Shown: positions 21,693 to 32,483, counted from the whole stretch's first letter. The stretch: 63,840 bases of DNA, filler included, from Globobulimina sp. (GCA_003354225.1; 24 parts of 24 records of this genome joined end to end with filler, not necessarily neighbours in it); one strand, 5' to 3'. A program made the numbers and translations. Notes: generated by a model not told the origin, from the sequence alone.

Positions 21693-23888
21693 ATGGGCAT
21701 CAAATATTTACAAACCTATTTGAAAGATCATCCAACTTTACGTTACGAGATCTGTTTCAATTGGAATAATAACGACGCCAACAACACTTCCGATGACTCA
21801 GCAGAGGCAAAGATTATTGTTTGGGATTGTTTAGGATGGCTACGAAGATTATATCGATGCTATGGTAGATCCAAACTGTTGTTTGATTTCAAAGACTTAA
21901 ACAACGAATGCAAGCAAATAATTGATACTTTCAAGCGTTTTGGATTTGAATTAATTGCATTCATTGATGGCTATTTTTGCACAGATAAAATCCAAGAAAA
22001 ACGACGTCGGAAACTATCCACATTGAAAAAAATCCGCAAAAACATAAAACTAATCAAGCAAATGCATGCCACAAACAACCAAAAACAGCGCAAAAAACTG
22101 ATAAACAAATTAGAATTTGTGCCCTCCTCCGGTTATGCCACATATTTAGAACAATCCCTAACTTATAATGGCTGCAAAGTGTATCGAGGATCAGGGAATA
22201 ATGACATTGACAAAGACATTGCACAATTTGTGGTTGAGAATCAACATAAAATTTATGGCATTTTATCGTCAGATACGGATTTTTTTGGCTTTTATGATTT
22301 ACCAAAACATATTAAATTAATTTCTGAATTTCATACCAAAACATCTCGGCAACAATGCGAGAAAAAAGAGGAGAAACACGAAGAAAAAACACAGAAACGG
22401 GCACCAAAACCACAGCGGAGATGGAGAGCGGATAAATTAAGTAAACAGTCATTGACATTAAGTTATTATTATTCGTGTGAATTATGGGATAAATTAGGTT
22501 TGAATTCGCACGAAGAGAGGTTACAACTAATTTGTTTGTGCGGTAATGATTTTGTGAAAAAAAGGCCGCGTAATGCTATATTACGGAGATGTGGGCATAT
22601 TGTTGACTATGATGCGTATGTTGTAAATGTTGATGCTTTACAAGGAAATGATGAAAATAAATCAATGGATGAAGCAATTGCAAATAATAATATTTTGGGG
22701 GATATTGGTAATGATATATGTGAAGATAAAGCAATTACGAATGCAAACACTGATGAACTGATAATAAATGAGAGTGATGCACAATTAATAGATATTGGCA
22801 ATGAAGAAGTGAATCATGCGTCAAATATTAAGGTCAAACACGAAGTGGATAATTTATTAGAGATCATAGCGAATGCAATAACTGATAAATCAGTATCATT
22901 GGAGGTAAATATCCCAGACATTGCGTACGATTTTTATTCAATAAATACAGCTTCAAAAACTAAATTTTGTTGCAATGTGAATGTGACATGGATGGATTTT
23001 CAAAATGCAAATATATTCCATGGTGGCTTTTTCTTCCATGATATAGATACTGTAAAATTTTCAATCCATCAAAAAGTAGCATCCATTCGATATGCATTGA
23101 TGCAGAAACATTTGAAAGTAAATACGATTGAAGAATATATTCCATTTTACGAGCATAATTGTTGGGATGTTTACAAACATAAATGCATAAATTTGAGAGA
23201 AATAAAATATCATAATTCTGACTGCAATCTCCGTTTATTGACTAAATACGCAAACTTTAACCACGCAAATCGAAATTTTGTGTTCCAGAACGCATTGCAA
23301 ATTTTGGTGGCAAGAGCATGGATCGATGAGCTGCAAAGAACCGCATTGGAATTACAATTCGAGATAAGATTCTCTTTGCGGAGGGTGTACGGTTCGGGTT
23401 GGCCGTTTTATAGACAATACGCGTTGTTTAAAAGGAATGGGATTCCACGGATTAAGGATTTAACGGCGCAGTGTTTGTACTGGGAAGTATGCCGATTGAT
23501 TTGTTTAAATCCATGTAACATTATGCCAAATATGGCGCAGTTATTTGATGGTCCATTGTTTCATTTCTTTTGTGCGGAGGGAGATAATGGAGATAGTAAT
23601 GGGACAATTAAAGAGATACAAAGCAAATTAATGCAATGTAAACAAAGTTATAATCGACGGAAAAGGCCTAATCATAATAGAGGTTATAATAATAATAATA
23701 GTGGATATAGCAAAAAACAAAAATATAATAATCAGAATACTCGGGATAATAGTTGTAATCAGCAACAATATAATCAATATCATGTAAATAATTTAAATAA
23801 TGTCAATATGCAATATCAAGCACAGCAACAACATTTTAATTATGGAAACAATCCATTTTATAGAACCAATCATTGGCAAAAAAAATAA
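21693..23888 (+). CDS. XPG/FEN-superfamily PIN-domain protein (Asteroid/FAM120-like) with an N/Q-rich tail
   Basis: MGIKYLQTYL, VWD, FIDG...K..EKRRR, DIDKDIA, ILSSDTDFF and LCGNDF motifs. Confidence 0.8.
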   Translation: MGIKYLQTYLKDHPTLRYEICFNWNNNDANNTSDDSAEAKIIVWDCLGWLRRLYRCYGRSKLLFDFKDLNNECKQIIDTFKRFGFELIAFIDGYFCTDKIQEKRRRKLSTLKKIRKNIKLIKQMHATNNQKQRKKLINKLEFVPSSGYATYLEQSLTYNGCKVYRGSGNNDIDKDIAQFVVENQHKIYGILSSDTDFFGFYDLPKHIKLISEFHTKTSRQQCEKKEEKHEEKTQKRAPKPQRRWRADKLSKQSLTLSYYYSCELWDKLGLNSHEERLQLICLCGNDFVKKRPRNAILRRCGHIVDYDAYVVNVDALQGNDENKSMDEAIANNNILGDIGNDICEDKAITNANTDELIINESDAQLIDIGNEEVNHASNIKVKHEVDNLLEIIANAITDKSVSLEVNIPDIAYDFYSINTASKTKFCCNVNVTWMDFQNANIFHGGFFFHDIDTVKFSIHQKVASIRYALMQKHLKVNTIEEYIPFYEHNCWDVYKHKCINLREIKYHNSDCNLRLLTKYANFNHANRNFVFQNALQILVARAWIDELQRTALELQFEIRFSLRRVYGSGWPFYRQYALFKRNGIPRIKDLTAQCLYWEVCRLICLNPCNIMPNMAQLFDGPLFHFFCAEGDNGDSNGTIKEIQSKLMQCKQSYNRRKRPNHNRGYNNNNSGYSKKQKYNNQNTRDNSCNQQQYNQYHVNNLNNVNMQYQAQQQHFNYGNNPFYRTNHWQKK

Positions 23889-23988
23889 NNNNNNNNNNNN
23901 NNNNNNNNNNNNNNNNNNNNNNNNNNNNNNNNTTAATTAATTAANNNNNNNNNNNNNNNNNNNNNNNNNNNNNNNNNNNNNNNNNNNN

Positions 23989-25236
23989 CTTGTAATTATA
24001 GCCGCCCTCTTCGCGCAATGCCATACTGAGGAAATTCAACAAACACTCATATTTTTTCGGGAATTTCTCACAAACGCGTTCGATGGCGGTGATTAACACA
24101 ATTTTCAGTTCGTCGGCAATCTCAGTCATAAACTCGGTGATCGACGACAACAATCTCTCGATCGAGTATTCCGCAGTGGTTTGCAACAAAGTGGTTATGG
24201 CCAAGGTGGCGATGTTTCGGTTTCCGTCAGTTATCAAATGCTCCAAATCCACGGTGCACGACGGCGACAAGATATTGTTGAATTTGTTGACAATGTTACT
24301 CAGAGCGCGGACGGCGGCAAACCTTTGTATGGCACGCGGCGAATTTAAGAATTCCTGCAATACATTCATGGCAATGGTCAAATCCTGCTCTGTGGACAGA
24401 GGCAAATGGCACAAACACTTTGCGGCTTCGAACATCACCATCGGATTCTTGTACTGCTTGATTTGGTCCTTAATGAACTCTAAGATGCCGTCGCTGCCCC
24501 GGGCACTGTTGTCATTATGCAACACGCAGCTAAACGCATAGCGGATTAATAAGCAGCGCGCCAACGCACTCTCTGGCGGCTGGTTTATCATCGAAGTCAC
24601 CAAACGTTGCACTGCGCGCCGGTCATTGCTATGCATTTTGTACAGCAAATGTAATGCATGGAAGCTCACCATTTTCGAGGCAGATTTGGTGGCTTCGCGC
24701 GTCTCGTTCTGCCATCTCTTCACCACTTCGTTGTTGTTGTTATACATTCGAATGCCGGCACACAGCGCAGAAGACGCAATGTGACCATTTTTATTCACAA
24801 TGGCTTGCCGGAATAACCTCGCCCGTTGCTCCAACATCGAAGAGTCAATGACCTGGCTATGAACTCGCAAGCCGTTGGCACGAAATAGTTCCACGCCGCC
24901 ATTGATATCCTTTTCCAGCGAACTGATTACAATGAAGGCATCGTCCTGGTTCTTGTTCAATTCTTTGATCACCAAATAAACCAATCTTCGTAACTGCGGG
25001 TCAGAGCATTGAAACAATTTGGTCACTCCGAAAAATAAGGTGGTCGCCTCTTCCTTTCCCAATACTTCGCCCTGAGACAATAAGCACAATAATTCAGTCA
25101 ACACACTGCAACATTTACGACTGTCTAACGGCGTCTCATTAAACGCTTTCGCTTCATGTAAGACTTGCGATTTCTGGAGTTGGTAAAATGGAGATAAGTC
25201 CTCGTCTTCCTGGTGTTTGCGAGTTTGGAGGGCCAT
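23989..25236 (-). CDS. COPG: Coatomer subunit gamma, 3'-partial
   Basis: KSQVLHEAKAFNETPLDSRKC, ATTLFFGVTKLFQ, LRRLVYLVIKEL, NRNIATLAITTLL and LREEGGYNYK. Confidence 0.96.
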
Positions 25237-25285
25237 GGTTATTGAATTAAGTTTAAAGTGTGGTTTTTTGGAATAATTAATAACA

Positions 25286-26552
25286 ATGCTGTTCAACGGT
25301 ATCACCTCTGATGAAGGGTCAATTCATTATAACCGTTTACCAGATTTGATTTTAGTTGCATTCAATTCATTATTTTTACTCCATGTTATATTGTCAATAA
25401 TAATTACAACAAATTGCTATCACGATAATGAACTCTCTTATGTCTGGCTATCGAGCATTGTATTTATATTATGTTTGTTATCAATGTTATGCATATTATT
25501 TAAATTAAACGCGTTTCTTATATTTTATTTATGGAAATTATTGGTCGGCATCGCCATTTTTTTTATCCCATTTCTTTTGTTATCCATTGTATTTCCAATT
25601 ATTTGCGTGTTGTTTGCTTTGATTAAATGTAAAGCCAACAAATCGATAGGTTTTATCAATAACTTTTGGTTTTTCTCAACGCATTATATCATTTTCTATG
25701 AATTAGTATTTACTGTGCCACATACATTAATATATAATTTGATGTTATTTAATTATTCATTTGTTGCAGAATACAATCATAATAATTATGCGATCATTAT
25801 CTTTTGTATTATCATAGGAATCGCACATTTAATTTTGACCATTTTATATTGTTTTTACTTCCATCATAAACAAGATAAGTTGCTCGAAATCGCACATCTG
25901 TTGTTTTGGAATAATATTTGCATTGAATTATTTTTAATTTATTTTTACATCATTGGCTTCTTTTTATTATCCATAAAATGGTGGATATTTTGGTTGGTTG
26001 TATTCATATGTTCTATGCCCACATTTGTTATTTATTTGACCTATAAATACCGAGCAATAACATTGTCATCGACGAAGGCAAGGAATTGTTTGATAAAATG
26101 GGCCATTATGGATCCAATAATGAGCAATAATAATCATCGAGAAATTAAACAAAAAATATATTGTATCAAACATGTACAATTCCATCAAACATATCAAACA
26201 ATGACACCCTTTAATGATGGTAATGGTGATGGCGATGAATTGGATCATTTGTTGTCGCCATCTCTATCAAATACGTATACATTGAATCATTTATTTAAAC
26301 TGCATAACAATGGCGATTCTGAGTGCATTAAATATCAATTTGAATACATTGATAATAAACACACATTTAATTCGATGGCGATCATTTATTTTCAGGTAAA
26401 AAGGTATGTTGGTATTCAACAGAGACAGTATTATAAATTAATATTATTATTTGGATGGACTTTATCGAGAATGTTAACATATGTTTGCTATCCATTAATT
26501 TGTTTAATTCATAGTGGTGTTTATAATAATTCAGCTGTGCAATTTTATGTTG
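25286..26552 (+). CDS. Multi-pass membrane protein of unknown function, 3'-partial
   Basis: More than 420 aa with roughly 7-8 hydrophobic segments. Confidence 0.65.
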
Positions 26553-26659
26553 NNNNNNNNNNNNNNNNNNNNNNNNNNNNNNNNNNNNNNNNNNNNTTAA
26601 TTAATTAANNNNNNNNNNNNNNNNNNNNNNNNNNNNNNNNNNNNNNNNNNNNGAGAGGC

Positions 26660-26952
26660 GGGTCGGGTCGGGTCGGGTTTACAAAGGGCTGGGCTCGGGT
26701 CGGGTCGGGTTGACTCTAATTATTGTCTCAAGAAATGAATTTTTCCTTCCAGAAATGTAGTTTTTAGGGCGTTTTGGACGTTTTTCTAAAGTTTTTCTAT
26801 ATCGGGTCGGGTCGCGGGTCGGTCTTTGGACACTTTGGGTTGGGTCAGGTCGGGTCAGAATTAATTAATTTCGGGTCGGGTCAGGCTCGGGTAAGAAAAA
26901 TAATTTTCGGTTCGGGTTTCGGGTCAAAAATCCTGACCCGCTTTCAACTCTG
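26660..26952. repeat. GGGTC pentamer array ending in a putative DNA-transposon terminus (hAT-like subterminal repeats)
   Basis: Clustered (C)GGGTC/GGGTT units ending ...CGGGTCAAAAATCCTGACCCGCTTTCAACTCTG, with a degenerate second copy of this end at about 27059-27102. Confidence 0.55.
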
Positions 26953-27703
26953 GTTGGAAATCGGTCCTGGGGAGCATTTTTACCCCCTGGATGCCCCTAT
27001 GATGGCTCCACCCACCCAGCCAGACGAGGTTGAGGAGGAAGAGCTGAACTGATAGTCTGGTTTCGGTTCGGGTCAAAAATCCTGGCCTGCTTTTTCAAAC
27101 TCAGATACATAATATAATAATGATATGCTTTCAGGTGGCCCGAGGCAGAGAGCCAAACAGGCGATACGATCCTGAGGAGGAGGGGCGATACATCACAGAT
27201 GGAGATAATGAGGAGATTGGAGATGAAGAGGAGGAGGAGGATTAGGGTGGTGCTGATTAGTTTTTTTAATCACTTACTGTGTAACCTGATTATAGCACAC
27301 CCATGTGCAATGTTATATGTGTTGTATGTAATTCATCATTTAGGGTAGGTCTGACACACACACTATGTGTGTGTGCTATGTATTAAAAAAATTTGAAATT
27401 AATAAAATTCATCTTGTGGATTGGCTTTGACTGCTGCGCGTGCGCATGCTATGATATGCAATAATATATGTTCACTGATCATATGAAATACCTTCTTAAC
27501 AAGTTATTTGTTGGACATTATTTAATTTAAATACATTATTTACATATGAATGCCCTCAAGAAATGGAAAGCAAAAAATGAAATTTTTGTAGTTCCTTACA
27601 TAATTCATATGCTGGTAGTTTCTTTTGAAATTCTTTCCTTTTTTTGAGGGTTGTATTTGCAGTTTCTGGTGCACATTTGTGTGGTGATTGGAATGATTTG
27701 ACC

Positions 27704-29216
27704 ATGGACCGAACATATTACAGAAATGTATGTCTGCAGCGGGACACTGATTATACTGACATACATACAGAATCGCAGGAGTTATTAGATGATGGAAGCC
27801 ATGGTAAGTTGTATTTTGGGTTTGGTGTGGCTTGGCATTGATAGAAACAAACATGTGCGTGTGTCATATCAGCTGGGCAAGGGTCAACCAGACTCCTGGG
27901 AGGGGGGTGGGGTGATAACTAAAATATGACCATTTTGTATTTTATCATGATAATAATAACCCCTCCCCTCCCCCTTCAGACAAATTTGTCGACCCCCCTC
28001 GGCAGCCGAGGTTCAGCACAGCATGTATGTACCACTACTGTATGTACATATTTACAGATTCAGGAGCTAGTGATGATGACAATGATGGACGTTCTGATGC
28101 AGAAGATTACAGTGGTAATGAACATGATTGTCCTGATGAACCAAGTGATAATGAAGTGGAAGATGATGAAATAATACCTCATCCTAAGGACAGGGGCGTT
28201 TCGCGTTGCAGAACTAAGAACACCCATCAAAAGTTTCAAAAAAAAGGCATATCTAAACACAATCTGCTCAGCAATGCTGCAATAAAATCTGCACATGTGT
28301 CCACTGCTCAAATCAATGTACAAACTGATCAAGGCACAGCCAAATCGAAAAAGCAAAAAATAGATTGGACTGTTATTCTAACAAATGATGACATAAAAGT
28401 CAGATTAGATGACACAACTGGTCTAGAAATTTTGTGTTGTCCTTGCGGAAAAGAGTATAAGACACAAAATGGACTTGATAAGCATTTGGTTCAATATCAT
28501 AGTGGTAAACCCCCTCCATTTGAATGCCCAACCTGCAAGGGAAGATTTTACCAACCGTCTGCTTTACAAAAACATAGAGAACAAAATTTTTGTCACCGAG
28601 TTTGGACCAAAGAACCCAGACAGCATGAAACTCCACCATTTGAACCGCCATATAAAGGAGGGCCACGAATGGATTTTTCTGAAATGAAACCTCATGAAAT
28701 ATTTATATGGCTCATACGCAATATTCTTCCTATCTGGATTAACTTTACTGATAATAACGGCACAGAAAAATATTCCCATAGACAAAAAAAAAGAACCATG
28801 GGTGACATTTACTATGCAACTTGCTCTTCGATGGATAGCACTATACCTGGCACGTGGAGTTCTTAAACTACACAGAATCTCTTCACCCTGGAATAACCGA
28901 GAACTGTTTAGCACTCCATTATTCATTGGAACAATGTCTGGTTATCGTTGGGCACAGATTTTGGGTGCAACCTGCTTCACCAACAAAGTTAAGGAAAAAG
29001 AATTAGGGGGTCGTGGCAACCCAAAGAGTCCAAACTTTCACAGACTTTGGCGGGTCTATGACATAATAGAAAAGTTCACTGAAGCATGTCAACATGCTTT
29101 CGATCCACCAAAACAGCTTTGTATAGATGAAATGGTAAGTAATGTAATTAATACTTAATTTATGCGGCAGAAGTTTGATAAAATACAGTACTTATGCAAC
29201 ATTTTGCTTTGGAACC
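27704..29216 (+). mobile_element. Intron-containing piggyBac-like transposase gene with N-terminal C2H2 zinc fingers; one frameshift; 3'-partial
   Basis: Exon 27704-27803, intron 27804-28057, an acidic tract, then CPCGKEYKTQNGLDKHLVQYH and CPTCKGRFYQPSALQKH. After a shift near the A9 run at about 28783-28791 comes WVTFT..WIALYLARG..W..TMSGYRW..I..RLWRVYDII..FDPPKQLCIDEM, then a GTAAGT donor at 29135. Confidence 0.8.
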
Positions 29217-29762
29217 NNNNNNNNNNNNNNNNNNNNNNNNNNNNNNNNNNNNNNNNNNNNTTAATTAATTAANNNNNNNNNNNNNNNNNNNNNNNNNNNN
29301 NNNNNNNNNNNNNNNNGGATGTTGGAAAGATGAGAAGAATAAAAAAGATGGTAAACAAAGTTGGATTTATTATCAATATTCGGCATCACCCATTAAATCA
29401 TCATCATTTACGTCCACATTGAAGAGTTATATTGAGGACGGTGGATATTATAATGATTTATTAACATTTGAATCAGTATGAAATCATAAAACATAATAAT
29501 ACTATATATATATGCTATTTATTATACTTTTTGTTACCTTTTTTTTATATTCGTTTGTTTTTGTTGTATTTATTATGTATTTTGTTTGTATATTTTACAG
29601 TTTGTGATGATAGTTATACTTTACTTGAAAGGTTTTCACAGAGGTGGTCTGCATATCCGGTGATATCCCACATAGTCGTCGATCCCTTTTCCATTTTAAC
29701 CCAGATTTTTGCACTTTGATCTACGTATACTTCAGAATTAAAAAACCAGATAATAATTAATA

Positions 29763-30449
29763 ATGGCAGCAGAAACAAATGTATATATCTTGATGGGAGT
29801 TTGTGGCTGCGGTAAAACATCCGTATCAATGGCGGTAAAGGGTTTGTTTACAGAATTATCCCATTTAAAAAAGACAACAACATGCACAACAAACAAAGGT
29901 GAGATTGAGAACATGTTTAAGAATAAAATTAAAGTATCATTTATCGACGGAGATGATTTACATCCAATGTCAAACAAAAATAAAATGAAACATGGCATCC
30001 CATTGAATGACAATGATCGAAGACCGTGGTTGCTTGCAATAAGAAGCAAAATCGAGCAACATAAATCTTTAATAATTGATACAAATAACAACGAACTGCG
30101 CCATATATTATTGATTGCATGTTCTGCTCTAAAATATTTATACAGAGAGATATTGCGAGGTAATGACAAGCAAAAAAAGCAAATGCAATTGTCAGGAAAC
30201 AATGTATCATTCATTATGTTGGATGGTACAAAGGAAATATTGCTAAATAGATTAAAAAATCGAAATCACGAATATATGCCATCAGATTTATTGCAATCAC
30301 AACTGGATATTTTAGAATATCCAAATCAAAAATATATTGAAAATGATATTATAATACAATCCATCCAACCATCGTTACTTGTGATCGCTCATAATGTAGT
30401 CAACAAAATCGTTTTTGATAATTTAGTAAACAGAGACAGCAAATTATAA
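29763..30449 (+). CDS. IDNK: Gluconokinase (GntK/IdnK type) with C-terminal PTS1 (SKL)
   Basis: MGVCGCGKTS P-loop, DGDDLHP..NKNKM..GIPLNDNDRRPWL, ACSALK..YREIL and YMPSDLLQSQLDILE; ends DSKL-stop. Confidence 0.93.
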   Translation: MAAETNVYILMGVCGCGKTSVSMAVKGLFTELSHLKKTTTCTTNKGEIENMFKNKIKVSFIDGDDLHPMSNKNKMKHGIPLNDNDRRPWLLAIRSKIEQHKSLIIDTNNNELRHILLIACSALKYLYREILRGNDKQKKQMQLSGNNVSFIMLDGTKEILLNRLKNRNHEYMPSDLLQSQLDILEYPNQKYIENDIIIQSIQPSLLVIAHNVVNKIVFDNLVNRDSKL

Positions 30450-31030
30450 CATTTTTTAAGCGACCTTTAAGCGAACAATTGGCTGTTGGATTTGGAAGCG
30501 GTGAGTCATGAACTTTAAGATTGGATTTTTCCAATGGAAACAGAAATGATTTTATAAACACAAAACAAATCACCAGGAATATATAACCATGTGATTTTCG
30601 ATAGTCTCACTTTCAATTTCTGTTCTCATAGAAAAATACAATCTAATTATTGGCTATTAATTAACGCAAAGCTGTGGAAGTGTGGATAGAATTGATTTCG
30701 GTTCAGTTGACACACAAAATAATAACATATTCAATCGTGATCTATGTCTCAATTGTGCTGAAACGTGAAGTTACAATTCTTGATAGTTTCAATTAGTGGC
30801 AAATCGCAGCCCGGTTTGTTGTGTGATAAATCTTTGAATGCATCGTCATTATCCTTGCACGTCTATCTATTTTAAATAGAGTCAGATATCATTTATATTA
30901 TTTTAATTTGCATTGGTTATTTGCAATACGTGACAGTGGAAAACCGGTCTAATAAAATAATACATAGATGCTGACAAAAACAACAATCATTTTAAACAAG
31001 TTACAAACACAGCACTCAATAATAAAACAA

Positions 31031-31078
31031 ATATCTTCAAAAAAGAAGCATACAAAATGTTTCCTTTCATCATAACAC
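31031..31078 (-). promoter_or_regulatory. Candidate non-canonical SECIS-like hairpin in the 3' UTR of the CxxU gene
   Basis: AUGAU-GAAAGGAAACAU-(UUUGU)-AUGCUUCUUUUU-UGAA: tandem G.A core and a 12-position helix with 11 pairs (some G-U). The apical loop lacks the canonical AA. Confidence 0.35.
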
Positions 31079-31185
31079 AATTATTGAACATGTGCTGTTA
31101 AATGATTATACGTTTTGAGCAAATTAATTTGTTCTCTCAATGTGTATTATAATTCACTGATAATTATACATTATATAATTTATAT

Positions 31186-31631
31186 TTAATTCTTTATGTT
31201 TTCCAAAGCAATCATGATCTGTTCGATGCACTCTTTTCTTTCCAATGGATTGCTTTCTAACAAATCCTCCTGGAAACCGCTCCATATTTTTTCCCCGTCC
31301 GTACTGATAGCAACTTTGAGAGGAGCCTCTTCAATCCGCGTTACATTGATTTGTGCATTTGGGAATATATTAAAAATGCACTTTTGTGCGGCTTCGGTGT
31401 ATTCCTTCGCTCCGCCTCCACCGAATCGTCAATCGCGACAAAAGGTTATATCAAATACTTTGAGCTCATTCGATTCTGCATTATATTGAATTCAATTATT
31501 TTAATATGATTTAATATGGCTTCAACAGAAAGGAAAACAAACGATTACTGACTGGAATTGCAGAGTTGCGATTGGAGTGGTTGTTGTTGTGGCAGTTGTA
31601 ACTGATCAAGAACTTTCTGTACACGCTCCAT
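31186..31631 (-). CDS. Candidate Rdx/SelW-like selenoprotein (CxxU), 122 aa, N-terminal PTS2; intron at 31476-31552; Sec TGA at 31429-31431
   Basis: Spliced translation: MERVQKVLDQLQLPQQQPLQSQLCNSKSNELKVFDITFCRD-U-RFGGGGAKEYTEAAQKCIFNIFPNAQINVTRIEEAPLKVAISTDGEKIWSGFQEDLLESNPLERKECIEQIMIALENIKN. Eighty sense codons follow the TGA. Confidence 0.8.
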
Positions 31632-31698
31632 TGGAAAGAATTAAAGTTTTCGAACTGAAGGGAAGCTAATTGTCGCTAAAGTTTTCGAGCAGCGTATA

Positions 31699-31880
31699 AT
31701 GGCAACACAGAAACAAAATATTTTTACTAAAATTCCAGACCATTTAATTCCGTCTATTTTCGAAGCAATTTGTCGCGATAAGTTGGATGGCGGATTGCAA
31801 GCATCGTTTGGTGACATTACGAGAGTATTTACACGGAACAGCACACGACCACTAATACAATTTATTTACAATTATTCGGA
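31699..31880 (+). CDS. Hypothetical protein N-terminus with a weak F-box-like motif, 3'-partial
   Basis: MATQKQNIFTKIPDHLIPSIFEAI, open to the contig edge and divergent from the selenoprotein candidate. Confidence 0.45.
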
Positions 31881-31980
31881 NNNNNNNNNNNNNNNNNNNN
31901 NNNNNNNNNNNNNNNNNNNNNNNNTTAATTAATTAANNNNNNNNNNNNNNNNNNNNNNNNNNNNNNNNNNNNNNNNNNNN

Positions 31981-32410
31981 TCATATTTGCAAAGTAATGC
32001 AACAAATAAGCAACACTTATTGTAGCGGATCTGTTCATTCCCGCCATACAATGAACTAAAATTCTTTTGCCTTTGTCATTTTTACATTCGTCAATAAATC
32101 TGATACATTCCTCCAAATGTGCATCAATTAAATCATATTGCCAATCATCATCAGCATCAAATTTATGTACCTTGAAATTTGGTGGATAGGCAACGTGGAT
32201 ATCACTTCCTGCACAATTTAGTACATAACTTATTCCATATTTTCGCAATAATTGTATGTTTTGTGCGTCCGCAGCATCTCCCAACCACAGAAAATGTGGT
32301 ATAATCTCATTTGGTCCATCCCCTAGAAATGTAAAATTTGAATCCAAAATGATATCCATTTTTTTCAGCCATTTCTTTATGTGCTCTTCACTCAATTGAG
32401 TAGATGCCAT
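31981..32410 (-). CDS. Dual-specificity protein phosphatase, 3'-partial
   Basis: PNEIIPHFLWLGD, GISYVLNCA and ILVHCMAGMNRSATISVAYLL (HCX5R). Confidence 0.95.
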
Positions 32411-32483
32411 TATGTGACCACTCCAAGAAAATCTTAAAAATCAGAGTGTTCGGAGCTATTAAAAAAAAACTTTTTACAGATAT

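Noticed and set aside
30740-31170. Other RUGA-containing hairpins downstream of the selenoprotein candidate as SECIS elements
   Set aside because: They either pair UGA with UCA (no G.A tandem) or lack a 10-12-bp helix.
31196-31489. Plus-strand 97-aa ORF in the track
   Set aside because: It is the antisense shadow of the selenoprotein candidate's exon 2.
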